DNA of 64,000 nucleotides, taken from positions 131,545 through 195,544 of the forward strand of contig MCFE01000056.1 in the NCBI GenBank assembly GCA_002104905.1, given 5' to 3'. The translations under genes were made by a program, and so were the position numbers. Source of the stretch: Basidiobolus meristosporus CBS 931.73. Taxonomy: Eukaryota > Fungi > Basidiobolomycota. The notes beneath the pieces are model-generated. The model did not search any database. It saw nothing but the letters and a program-made list of their open reading frames with translations, and was not told the origin of the DNA. Of the stretch, positions 42,006 to 53,227 are shown in pieces; the stretch's first letter is position 1, and each line of letters opens with the position of its first letter.

Positions 42006-42078
42006 GGGGCGTTGGCCTAATGGATAAGGCATCAGACTTCGGATCTGGGGATTGTGGGTTCGAGTCCCATGCGCCTCG
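42006..42078 (+). tRNA. tRNA-Arg(TCG) copy 2
   Basis: Identical to copy 1. Confidence 0.95.
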
Positions 42079-42740
42079 TATTTTGTGCTTCATCGTTAGA
42101 TGTCTCGAACTAGAGCCATAATAGCATTTAGCTCTGCAAATATTTTCACAGTTTAGACATTTAGCAACTGCTAAAGCAATTGCAACAAAATTATAGACAT
42201 CACATACTGCTACTCTGTGCTCGTAGCAGGATGAGGCCAGAGGAACCCACCACTGGTTTTGGGCAATTTAATTGCAATCTCACCAGTAAATCCATTTTTC
42301 CGTTGTCGTTAACATACTTCTTCCTTTCCAGATTGTTCGAAGAGTAATAAAATCCTCGAAATGCCCTAGCCCATGCCGATGTGTCCGTACAAAGTAGAAC
42401 CGGAGGATTTCTATACAGCACATCGGTGTTATGATTCGCATTTGATAGAGTAGCATAGTGTTTTGATGTCTGCAGTTGTATTATATATGAAACTAGCAGT
42501 AATCATCATCAGTGTCCTTGAAATGCTCGTGCTCATGTCCTTTCATTTACTTCGTATTAGCGTGACTATTAAAAACAAGTGAATTACCTAGTGAACAAGA
42601 AAAAATATAGCAGAGCACCTGCATTTGTAGGAAATATAATATATTCTCTGTTTAGGAAGTAATAATTCTTTGTGAAAGTACTGTTTATTAAGTTGTATAA
42701 CGAGGTTAAGTCTTTGGTATCCAGAGGGTATCTTAAGTCT

Positions 42741-43121
42741 CTAATAGTCGTCGTAGTCATCACCATGGCCACGGCCACCACTATACTTCCTTCTTCCATG
42801 GCCATTGCCATCACCATCATAGTCATTATCGTAATCATTGCCATACTTCTTTCTTTTTCCGTGACCGTGGCCATCGTAGTCATCTCCATCATATCTCCTT
42901 CTTCCACGGCCATTACCATCGTAATCATCGTCGTAGTTGCCACCTCCACCGCCGCCATATCTCCTTCCGTGACCATTGCCGTCATAATCATCGTCATAGT
43001 CACCGCCACCACCATGACCTACCCCCTTGTAGTCAGGATCGTAAGAGCGCTCAAGGACTGAAGCATTGATGGCCAACGCAGCAGAGATGACAAGGAGAAG
43101 CTTTGCAATGGAGTATTTCAT
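42741..43121 (-). CDS. DY-repeat secreted precursor copy 11
   Basis: Same family; ATG at 43121. Confidence 0.88.
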   Translation of the reverse strand: MKYSIAKLLLVISAALAINASVLERSYDPDYKGVGHGGGGDYDDDYDGNGHGRRYGGGGGGNYDDDYDGNGRGRRRYDGDDYDGHGHGKRKKYGNDYDNDYDGDGNGHGRRKYSGGRGHGDDYDDY

Positions 43122-43427
43122 CTTGAGATGGTGATTTGAAGGCGTGAACGACTGGATGCATTTATAGGATAATGAGAGTAGACGCATGTAGTAGCACACT
43201 TTATCAGTGTTGTTGATTTGTATCGGTGGACTGCACAGCGCTAACAGTGATGTGTGATCTCATCTTATGAGGTAGTTGATTTATGCCAAAACTTGCGTTC
43301 AACATGTGATCGGATTTGATTGATATGTCAACTATGGTTACCACTATTTCCATGCTTAATGGCTTAATCACGTAGAATCGATCAAAGGAGATAGTGTTGT
43401 GCCCTGAGCTGAAGTTTGGAGAGTGAA

Positions 43428-43500
43428 GGGGCGTTGGCCTAATGGATAAGGCATCAGACTTCGGATCTGGGGATTGTGGGTTCGAGTCCCATGCGCCTCG
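43428..43500 (+). tRNA. tRNA-Arg(TCG) copy 3
   Basis: Identical to copy 1; flanks also duplicated. Confidence 0.95.
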
Positions 43501-43737
43501 TTTTAGTATTTCAGCACCTCGATCCAGATTGGGTCAATCGCACTTTTTCTAACACTTCACCATGTTCGCCATTTCGGTGATTATCGGATGATTTGGATCA
43601 ACTTCCAACATTTAAGCTGCCATTTTATGCTTTGCTAACGTTGCGTTGATAGCCTTGTAAATAGATAAACCTCTCAACATACCATGTGTAAATATCAGTT
43701 TATTGAGTATCTGGTATCAAAAAGGTATCTCAAGTCT

Positions 43738-44118
43738 CTAATAATCGTCATAACCATCACCTCGGCCGCCGCCACCACGACCACCATACTTCTTTCTTCC
43801 ATTACCATCGTAGTCATCATCGTAATCATTGTCATACTTCTTTCTCTTTCCGTGACCGTGGCCATCGTAGTCATCGTCGTAGTCATTGCCGTCATATCTA
43901 CTTCCTCTTCCGCGACCATTGCCATCGTAGTCGTCGTCATAGTCATCGCCGTACTTCTTTCTTCTTCCGTGACCGTGGCCATCATAGTCATCATCATAGT
44001 CACCGCCACCATGACCTACCCCCTTGTAGTCAGGATCGTAAGAGCGCTCAAGAACTGTAGCATTGATAGCTAGCGCAGCGGAGATGACAAGGAGAAGCTT
44101 TGCAATGGAGTATTTCAT
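43738..44118 (-). CDS. DY-repeat secreted precursor copy 12
   Basis: Same family; ATG at 44118. Confidence 0.88.
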   Translation of the reverse strand: MKYSIAKLLLVISAALAINATVLERSYDPDYKGVGHGGGDYDDDYDGHGHGRRKKYGDDYDDDYDGNGRGRGSRYDGNDYDDDYDGHGHGKRKKYDNDYDDDYDGNGRKKYGGRGGGGRGDGYDDY

Positions 44119-44440
44119 GCTGAGATAGTGATTTGAAGGAGGGCCGATCAGATTTATATACAGGGTGGTGAGAGTAAGCATAAGCAGTAGCACAAGCAGT
44201 AGCATGCTTCATCAGTGTTGGCGATTTGTATTGATGATTTAAGCTGCACAGCACTAACATTGATGTATGCTCCCATCTTGTGATAGAATCAACTTGTGTC
44301 AACATTTGCGTTCAACATGTGTTCGGATGTGATTGATATGCCAACTATGGCTACCGCTGTTTCCATACTTAATGGCTCAGCCATATAGAATTGATAAAAA
44401 GAGAGAGCAGTTTACCCTGAGCTACACATTTGAGAGTGAA

Positions 44441-44513
44441 GGGGCGTTGGCCTAATGGATAAGGCATCAGACTTCGGATCTGGGGATTGTGGGTTCGAGT
44501 CCCATGCGCCTCG
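44441..44513 (+). tRNA. tRNA-Arg(TCG) copy 4
   Basis: Identical to copy 1; T5 terminator. Confidence 0.95.
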
Positions 44514-44747
44514 TTTTTGTAATTTCAACTCCATAATCGAAATGGAGTCAGTAACACTGTTTGAATTATTCGCCAAGGTCACCATTTCGAAGTAAATCAA
44601 ACAATTTGGATATTTCAATTTCCAACTTGAAAGTTTTAGCGTTACATTTTGATACCCTTGTAGGTAGCCACAATTCTGAACATGTCATGTGTAAATGTTG
44701 GTTTATTGTGTATTTGGTATTTGGTACCAAGAAGGTATCTCAAGTCT

Positions 44748-45134
44748 CTAATAATCGTCATAACCATCACCTCGGCCGCCGCCGCCACCGCCGTACTTCT
44801 TTCTTCCATGACCATTACCATCATAATCGTCGTCATAATCATTGTCATACTTCTTTCTTCTTCCGTGACCATGACCATCGTAGTCATCGTCGTAGTCATC
44901 CCCGTCATATCTCCTTCTTCTTCCACGGCCATTACCATCATAATCATCATCGTAGTCGTTACCATACTTCTTTCTTCCTCCATGGCCATTACCGTCATAA
45001 TCATCGTCATAGTCACCACCACCACCGTGACCTACCCCCTTGTAGTCAGGATCGTAAGAGCGCTCAAGGACTGAAGCATTGATAGCCAACGCAGCGGAGA
45101 TGACAAGGAGAAGCTTTGCAACGGAGTATTTCAT
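44748..45134 (-). CDS. DY-repeat secreted precursor copy 13
   Basis: Same family; ATG at 45134. Confidence 0.88.
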   Translation of the reverse strand: MKYSVAKLLLVISAALAINASVLERSYDPDYKGVGHGGGGDYDDDYDGNGHGGRKKYGNDYDDDYDGNGRGRRRRYDGDDYDDDYDGHGHGRRKKYDNDYDDDYDGNGHGRKKYGGGGGGRGDGYDDY

Positions 45135-46123
45135 GTTGATATAATGATTGGAAATAATCAGAAGATCAAGGCATTTATACATATTACAATGCAAGAATAT
45201 GCAGAAGCACGCCCATCAGTGTTTGCTGATCACACGTACAGTGTTGAGGAGAGATGTCCGTAGCATTCATGGCTTTAATCTAGTGCGCATTTAGCAGTTT
45301 TATAATGCGATATGTGTTGTTGGTTAAGCACACTCAGTACCAAACTACCTGTGCTGACAACTCAGCTTGTAAGCTGTACATCAATTAGATGCTTCCCAAC
45401 TTGTGCTATACTTGCAGTCATGGCTCTTTCTGCAGGTGACTTGAGTTTGATATGTCCAGATGCATATTATGTTTTGAAATCAGATTTTCTTGAGTGCCAA
45501 TGACACGCCTGTGGTAATGCTGTACGTAGGTTTTCTGGCCAACGAGAAGCAGTAGTCAGTCATATAGTATTGTGGCATATTTCTAAATGGAATTCTGAGT
45601 CAGTTTACTTCAGGCCACTACACTGTGCAATATTCCTAGCAACGGCCAGACATTTCTTTGTAGCATATCAACCAGCAACAGTAGTAGCAGTAGTAGTTAA
45701 AATCATCGTTGGTGAAGCGTTTCAGCAGATTGAAATAATAGGAAGCAAAGTATAACGTGCTTTATGTTTGCTTGCTTAGACTCACGGTGAAATGCCACTC
45801 TCAATTTGCGAGATAAATACATTCAAGCACCTGAATACGGGGTAACCCAAGGAGAATTTTAGTGGCGAAATTTGTCAGGTATTTAGTTCGGATATATTCG
45901 GATATATTGTATTAGGTAACCACTCCAAATAGATAATCCACAATTTCCTTTTATGACCCACTGTTCTTCGCGGAGGTTACTAATGGGGAAATGTTTTATT
46001 GATATGAGGAACGTTCTCTAGTTGGAATGACAAGATATTTTATATGTTCTAGATGTATGGCAAGCGTTTCTATTTAAATAGGCCTGTTAGCATTTTCTAT
46101 CACTGGAAACGAATCTAAGCAAA

Positions 46124-48055
46124 ATGAGACATGTAATTATTGGAGGTGTAGCCGGAGGAGCAACAGCAGCCGCCCGATTGAGAAGAGTGGATGAGACGGC
46201 TGAGATCATTTTATTGGAGAAGGGTCCCTATATCTCTTACGCCAACTGTGGTTTGCCGTACTATATCGGCGGAGTCATTGCTAAACGCGAAAAACTGCTG
46301 CTGCAGACGCCAAAGTCGTTTGGTACGCGTTTCCGTATTGACGTCAGAATAGAGAGCAAAGTAATTGCCATCCATCCAGAGGATAAAAGCCTGACCATTC
46401 GTAGGGCAAATGGAGAAGAATACAAAGAAACTTACGACAAGCTGCTACTATCACCAGGTGCCAATCCCGTGAAGCCGCCATTGGAGGGTATCAATTCCGA
46501 AGGCATATTCACCCTGCGCAACGTAGAAGATACCGACCATATCAAAGCGTACATTGCTGAGAAACAGGTAAAGCGTGCCGTAGTAGTAGGTGCCGGTTTT
46601 ATCGGGCTGGAGATGGCGGAGAACCTGCACCATGCCGGGGTGGCTGTTTCCGTAGTCGAAATGGGCAACCAGGTTATGGCTCCTATCGACTTCTCTATGG
46701 CAGCGTATATCCATCAACACTTGACACAAAAGGGCACATCTTTATATCTTGAAGAAGGTGTTACGCACTTCCAGCGTACAGACAGCGGCATTACTGTTTT
46801 CCTGAAAAGTGGCAGGACCATTCCTGCCGATATGGTATTACTCTCTATCGGCGTGCGTCCAGCAACAGCATTGGCGCAACAGGCCGGCTTGAAGTTGGGA
46901 GAGACGGGTGGCATCTGGGTAGATAAACACTTGGAAACCTCCCAAAAGGATATCTATGCAGTGGGTGATGCTATTGAATATCCTCATCCGTTGACCGGGA
47001 AACCGTGGCTCAACTATCTTGCCAATCCGGCTAATCGCCAAGGTCGTATCGTAGCCGATAACATGGTATTTGGCAACACGGTTTCTTATGAAGGGGCTAT
47101 CGGTACTTCTATCGCCAAAGTATTCGATATGACTGTGGCTTCTACAGGACTGGCAGCCAAGCGTTTGAAGCAGTTGGGAATGGAGTATCAGAGTTCAGTT
47201 ACCCACTCCTCTTCCCATGCAGGCTATTATCCGGACGCTTTGCCCTTGACGCTGAAGCTAACCTTTCACCCTAAGACTGGTAAGCTTTACGGTGCGCAAT
47301 GTGTGGGCTACGAAGGAGTGGACAAGCGTATCGACCAAATAGCTGGAGTCATCAAACATGGCGGGACGGTATATGACCTGACGGAAACTGAGCACACCTA
47401 TGCACCCCCTTTCTCATCTGCCAAAGATCCTATAGCCATTGGTGGATATGTTGCCTCCAATATAATCAGCGGGGCTATGCCGGCTATTTCCTGGCGCGAA
47501 CTCGTTGATGAGAAAGACCAAGTGATGATGTTTGATACCCGTACTGCCGAAGAATACTCATTTGGCTCCATTCCGGGGGCTGTCAATGTTCCCTTGAATG
47601 AATTGCGTGAGCACATTGCTGAAATCCCGATGGATAAACCAGTTGTTCTATTCTGTGCCATAGGACTGCGCGGCTATCTAGCTCAGCGCATCTTGATGGG
47701 ACGCGGTTATCGCAATGTTCGCAACCTAATCGGCGGCTATAAAACTTATTCCACCAGCGTAGCTCCTATTGCAAAGCCTTCTACCGAGGTTCCTTCACCA
47801 CAAGAGGCTGGTGAGGCGACAAAGATAAACGTATGCGGGTTACAGTGTCCCGGGCCTATCATGCAGGTAATAGAAGCGATGAACAGCATTGCGGTTGGCA
47901 AACGTGTTACAGTCACGGCAACTGATGCAGGTTTGGCTCGTGACGCCTCTGCCTGGTGCGACACTACAGGCAACAAATTGATATCAAAGCATGAAGAAAA
48001 AGGTCGCTACACAGTTGTTCTAGAAAAAGGAGAACCCGCCACTAAACAGAATTGA
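46124..48055 (+). CDS. CoA-disulfide/persulfide reductase with rhodanese and TusA/SirA domains, bacterial type
   Basis: IIGGVAGGATAAARLRR, SYANCGLPY redox Cys, GAGFIGLEMAE, YAVGD, YAPPFSSAKDP, rhodanese CAIGLRG, TusA GLQCPGP; 643 aa, intronless. Confidence 0.93.
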   Translation: MRHVIIGGVAGGATAAARLRRVDETAEIILLEKGPYISYANCGLPYYIGGVIAKREKLLLQTPKSFGTRFRIDVRIESKVIAIHPEDKSLTIRRANGEEYKETYDKLLLSPGANPVKPPLEGINSEGIFTLRNVEDTDHIKAYIAEKQVKRAVVVGAGFIGLEMAENLHHAGVAVSVVEMGNQVMAPIDFSMAAYIHQHLTQKGTSLYLEEGVTHFQRTDSGITVFLKSGRTIPADMVLLSIGVRPATALAQQAGLKLGETGGIWVDKHLETSQKDIYAVGDAIEYPHPLTGKPWLNYLANPANRQGRIVADNMVFGNTVSYEGAIGTSIAKVFDMTVASTGLAAKRLKQLGMEYQSSVTHSSSHAGYYPDALPLTLKLTFHPKTGKLYGAQCVGYEGVDKRIDQIAGVIKHGGTVYDLTETEHTYAPPFSSAKDPIAIGGYVASNIISGAMPAISWRELVDEKDQVMMFDTRTAEEYSFGSIPGAVNVPLNELREHIAEIPMDKPVVLFCAIGLRGYLAQRILMGRGYRNVRNLIGGYKTYSTSVAPIAKPSTEVPSPQEAGEATKINVCGLQCPGPIMQVIEAMNSIAVGKRVTVTATDAGLARDASAWCDTTGNKLISKHEEKGRYTVVLEKGEPATKQN

Positions 48056-48559
48056 AGCATTTTGCGTGGCTACAAAAATGCTCCACCTTCCTATAACATT
48101 AGTTTAGTTAGTTTCCCAATTTGGGATTATATAAAGTCATTTGCAATCATGCCATTCCATTCCATAAATGTATGAGGCTCTTGTGCTCACTAAATCCAGA
48201 TCAATAATGCTCCCGATATTCTCAAAATAGTACATAATTGACCAATTCGTCTCTTGCTTCAAGATCTTGATATGGATTGAAAATGAATATGAATGCTAGC
48301 CAAAGAAGGCGATTGAAGGCAATACTTCAACTAATGTAATCCTCAATTGTTACAAATACTTTCCTCGTACACAAATAGAACAGCTAATAGTACTAATTGA
48401 TTGGATATTTGTCAGCCATTAGAAAATATCATACGATAAACTGGCTCTTTTTGTTATGAAAGTCTTGCATATTGTAAGGCACGTGAAGTAAATGTAGGTT
48501 TTTTGATTTTCACATCATGAATATTGCATGTAAAGGGAGTTTTTAAACTTAAGTAAGCT

Positions 48560-51490
48560 CTGGCAAGACAACATGTAAAAATATTTATGAAGATCCCACA
48601 AATACATGTTGTAAGAGTTTTTGCGTTATTGGAAGTGATTAGAAGTACAAGTATATCATGTGGTTATCACTTAATGATGGATTGAATGTAAAAGTTGTAT
48701 TTGTTGCAAGAGTCTTGGCAATATTGGAAGTGATTGGCAGAACAAGTAGATTGTGTGGTTTTCACTTAATGATTTATTGAATGCAAAAGTAGTATTTATA
48801 CTTTACATAGTCTTGGGATAATAAACACGTAGAATAGATTTAAGAAGGTCCCAAGAGCATGTGTGCAAAGTTAGGGGCTGTTTGGACAACTTATCCAATT
48901 TTCATGTTCTGGTACCTGATATGTGGGTGAAAATATTCCAAGTAGATCCCAACAAAAAATTTAGTCATTATTCCCTAAGATTTGTAGGTAATGATCAAAG
49001 TGACTAAGTTAGGTGAATATTTAAATGGAATTCCAAACTTTTACAACACTCCCACTCAACTAAATGCTCATATTGACTAGTCCTAATTTTGAACTAAGAT
49101 ATTCAAGTTTGTCTCTAGCTAATGGTTTGGTAAATAGGTCTGCAATCATTTCATCTGTAGGACAGTAAGCCAAGTTAGCTAAGCTAATCTCTACTGCTTC
49201 ACATATGAAATGATGTTCAATATCAGTGTGCTTAGTTCTAGCATGAAAAGTTGGATTTCTAGCTAATTGTATACTTGCTTGATTATCTTGAATTAAAGTA
49301 ATAGACATTTTTGTTGTAAAGATTTGTAATTCCACCTAAATATTCACCTAACTTGGTCACTTAGATCATTACCTTCAAATCCTAGGGAATACTGACCAAA
49401 CTCCTTGTCAGGATTTACTTAATATATTTACCCAGAACATGTAAATTCTCAAAGTTGTACAAACAACCCCAAACTTTGCATACATGCTCTTGAGACCTTC
49501 CATAACCTATTCTACATGCTTGTAACTCCAAGTTCATATAACAAGTATAAATACTACTTTTACATTCAATAAATCATCAAGTGAAAACCTCATAATCTAT
49601 TGTCCTCCCAAATCACATCTAATATCTTCAAGACTCTTGCAACAATTTTTGCTAGTAGAGCCAGATGTGCTCTATCTGGCTTATAGTAGATAGCATAGTC
49701 AGCAGTACTCCTTTGGAAACTCAAAGATTCCAAATAAATATTTATCTTGCAATTCCCAGCTCATGGTGATTGTTTGGGACCATATAGCAACATTCTAAGC
49801 TTGAAGACCAAATGGGAGTAATCCTGTTGAGCAAAGCCATCAGGCTGGTCTATATACATGTTATCATCAGATTTCCATTCAAAAATGCAGTTTCTACATC
49901 CATTTGATGTATAAAAACTAATATTTGGCAGCAATAGCTAAAATACATCTGATGGAATCAAACTTGGCTACTGGTGCAGAGGTCTCATTACAGTCACATG
50001 CTTTTGTTTGAGAGTATCCTTTGGCCACAAGTCTTGCTTTGTATCTTTCAATCTTACCATTAGCCTTGTATTTTGTCCTGAAGACCCATCTGCATGAAAT
50101 CAAATTTTGATTGATTGGTAATTTGACAAAGTCCCAAGTTTGATGTTCCATCAGTGCCTGATAATCCTTAGTTGTTGCAGATCTCCAAGACTTTGTCTAA
50201 GGGCTATTTAAGACCTCTTTTATAGTCTGGGGTGCATCAATATGGACAGAATAGGCATAGGCTGGGTTTGTACCCTCATCAATATAGTAATCTGGGCCAT
50301 TTCTGTTCCAAGTAGAATCTGATAGTCTGTAATACTGCAATGATCACACCAAGGATATTCCTGGGTGCTGAAACAGGTTGTACCACAGTTGCAGAGTCTT
50401 CTGAAGAGAAAAAGTCTTCATTCTCTTGCTCTGATTAAATCCTGACTGTTGGTGGACTTGAATTTGGATTTTTGTTATCATTTGATGTCAATTTGTGGGA
50501 AAATCATGATTTTCATCAAGGAGCACATCCCTGGCATTGATCAGCTTCTTTGCTTTGGCAGTGTAGAGTATGTATGCTTTGCTCTCATTACAGTAGCCTA
50601 AAAATATGCATTTTGCACTTTGTGGCTCAAACTTTGACTGATTACCAGGCAGTTCCTTGGCAAATACTTAACACCCAAGCATTCTTAGATGTTCTGCACT
50701 TAGTCTGTAGTCATACCTTGCCACAAGTGGAGTAGAAGCATGTAGTATTCTGTTATGACTCCTACTTTTAAGGAATACAGCTGTGGCAACTAATCTGACC
50801 TAATATTATAGGATAATTTTGATCATGGACCATATATCTTGCCATATCAATTTTTTTGGCTCTATTTGCAGCTTCTGCTACCCCATTTTGCTGTGGGGAG
50901 TATGGTACAGTAGTCTCTTGCTTTATCCCATAGGTTTTGCAGAAGTGGATCAAGAGCTTTAAGGAATATTTTCCATCATTGTCAGAGCATATTTTCTTGA
51001 TTTTTTTACCAGTTTCTCTCTCCACCAAAGCTTTAAACTCCTTGGGCTTAGACAGAGCTACTTTCTTTCTCTCCATGAAGTAGACCTATGTGCATCTTCT
51101 ATAATCTTCAATAAAAGTGATTAAATAATACATCCTGCACAAAGAAAAATTTTGCATTGATCCACACAGATCTGAGTGAATTAGATCTAATTTCTTCTTA
51201 GTTTTGACTTGCTCAGAGCTCCTGAAAAATTGTATGGCTTGTTTGCCATATATGCAGGCTTCATAGTACTCCAGATTAGCTGGGGGATCAGTTTTTACTC
51301 TGGAAATTAGCTGATCATTGATCATTTTGTGCAATTATTCATAATTACTTTGTCAGATTGCCTGTGCCAAAACATTGATGTTTCCTCATTTAAGTAACTC
51401 ATAGTTGATTCCTGAATGGATGGAATATAGTCAACTTGTATAGATTCTGATCTATGATACCCAAGGCAATATGGGCACCATTTTGATCAT
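48560..51490 (-). mobile_element. Degenerate Ty1/Copia element (LTR, PPT, RNase H, RT, integrase), truncated at 51490
   Basis: DNQASIQLARNPTFHARTKHTDI; [26 protein letters not shown]; TVPYSPQQNGVAE; LDLIHSDLCG. Confidence 0.9.
49312..49644 (+). repeat. Solo Copia LTR with 5-bp TSD ATTTT
   Basis: TGTTG...CAACA, homologous to the 9059 LTR; ATTTT at 49307-49311 and 49645-49649. Confidence 0.85.
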
Positions 51491-51825
51491 GTTAGGGTTG
51501 AGGGGGGAGGAATGTCACCAAGTGGTGGAGTCTTTATTTATTTATGACAAGTATCCAAAGAAGCCAACTTAATCTGAAGTTATTCCTAGAAAGCTAGGTC
51601 TGAGAGTTGAGAAGCTGAGTGGTACTGTATTACCTAGTTAGCTAGGTCTGAGAGAGGTTTCCTGCAAAGTCAGGCCTGAGAAGTAAGAATCTTAGTATAT
51701 CTGAGGTAAGTTGTACTGGTTTGTGGTAGCTGCATTGTGGCCAGAATGTCCAGTTGAGTGAGGGAACTGAGGGGAACTTCTGGGCAATCACCAGTCAAAT
51801 TCACTAGGCAAATCTGACCAATTAG
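51491..51825 (-). mobile_element. Old, 5'-truncated copy of the telomeric SINE, preceded by GTTAGGGTT
   Basis: Aligns to ~58141-58498; CpGs of the young copies converted to TG/CA. Confidence 0.85.
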
Positions 51826-51827
51826 AG

Positions 51828-52093
51828 CTAGGGGGAAACAGTCACCAACAGGTAAAATCTTTATTTCAGCTGGAACAAAGAAGACAGTGCTACTGTCATA
51901 GCTTTTATACAAGAGTGTCTAGCTGAGTGGAACTTGTAGGTAAGGTAACAAGGAGAGATGATAGCTCTCAGTGCTGAAGATACTGTTCAGTGGGAAGGGG
52001 GGTAGCAAGAGGGGCAAGAATGATTTGTGAACAACATGGATAAAAGTTAAGGGGGATGATAATCACCAAAAGGTGAAATCTTAGGGTTAGGGG
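51828..52093 (-). mobile_element. LINE 3' fragment, a ~35-bp 3'-end stub and a TTAGGGTTAGGGG relic
   Basis: 51828-~52040 aligns to ~58671-58890; stub AATCACCAAAAGGTGAAATC at 52061-52080; telomeric repeats at 52081-52093. Confidence 0.8.
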
Positions 52094-52111
52094 ATCCTAT
52101 GATAAATAATT

Positions 52112-53211
52112 TGGGATAGTGGGAGACAGTCACCAACAGACAAAATCTTTATTTCATTGAAAGAAAGAAGCCAGTGCTACTGTTGAAGCTTTGATACAAG
52201 AGTGTGTAGCTGAGGGGAGTTTGTAGGTAAGTTAATAAGAAGTGGTGATAGTTCTTCAGTGCTCAAGACACTGTTCAGTGGAAGGGGGGAGCAAGAAGGG
52301 TGAGAATGATTTGTGAACAACATTAATGAGGAGAATATGATAACAATTAATATTTGTCATAAAGGGAGTGTGCTGCTTCAGATACTGCTGCCAAAGATCT
52401 GTCAAGTACTTCAGATAGGCCAGTTTGGGTTTTTCTGACTGCAGAATATAATGAGCAAACTTCTTGACTTCAGGATCTCCAAGTATAGTTCTCCAGCAGG
52501 AGCCAGGTGTAGCATGGTGTGTTCTCTTACAGGCATTGATTAGTTGGTTGCTGCAGTGGTGAATTCTGAGATATAATGTGGTTCTAAGGTAGAGAAGTCT
52601 AATCATATAGGGCATAAACCCAAAAGCACCAAGAATAGCATGTCTGTAGGGGCATACAGGCAGACAAGGCACCAAGGAGGTAATACACCAGACTGCAAGC
52701 TTGTCAAGCTTAGTGCAGTTGCTAGCAGTAAGAGAGAGAAGTGGTAAGCCAAATTCCAGGACAGGAAAGACAAGCTGTTTGAGAAGAAGAAGGCAGTGGG
52801 AGCTGAAGTTGTAGGAGCAACAGCCAGTAGCTTGTGGAGAGCCTGTCATGCCAGGATAATTCTCTTCTTCAGGTGTGCTCCAGAGCCTAGTCCAGTAGGA
52901 AGGAAAGGAAAGCCAAGATATGCAGCAGAAACCTGAGCAGGTAGAGTGCAGTTTTCTAAGTTGATGGGACTACTAAAAGGTACTGTCTTTGCAATGAAAA
53001 GCTGGAGATTATTCTTCTGCAAATGCTAGTGAATGGTCTGGGAGTCTTGTAGCTTGAACCAAAGCAGGTTTCTGTCAGCTGAATCAAAGGCTTTAGTAAT
53101 ATCAAACAGAACAGAGGGATACTTGCACTGGAGAGAGTGATCTTGGCTAAGTACGACTGCATATTCCAAGGAGAGGCTAGGAACAAAGCCAAACTGTGCC
53201 GGGTGAAACTT
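52112..53211 (-). mobile_element. Old, 5'-truncated copy of the telomeric LINE with an internal deletion removing the RT FADD motif
   Basis: Aligns to ~58680-60020 apart from a ~245-bp deletion (~59617-59862 in the full copy); stops and frameshifts. Confidence 0.88.
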
Positions 53212-53227
53212 ACATCACTCAATAGTC

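Noticed and set aside
30461-45134. Many Val/Ile/Met/Thr-rich or His-rich ORFs overlapping the Gly-rich genes
   Set aside because: Alternative-frame and antisense shadows of GAT/GAC/GGT/TAC repeats; only the signal-peptide frame has a TATA box and a conserved start
34178-45134. Repeat array as CRISPR
   Set aside because: Repeats are protein-coding, there are no unique spacers or cas genes, and the context is eukaryotic
48057-48081. Hairpin GCATTTT...AAAATGC after the bacterial-type gene as a rho-independent terminator
   Set aside because: AT-rich stem with no U-tract; not supportable
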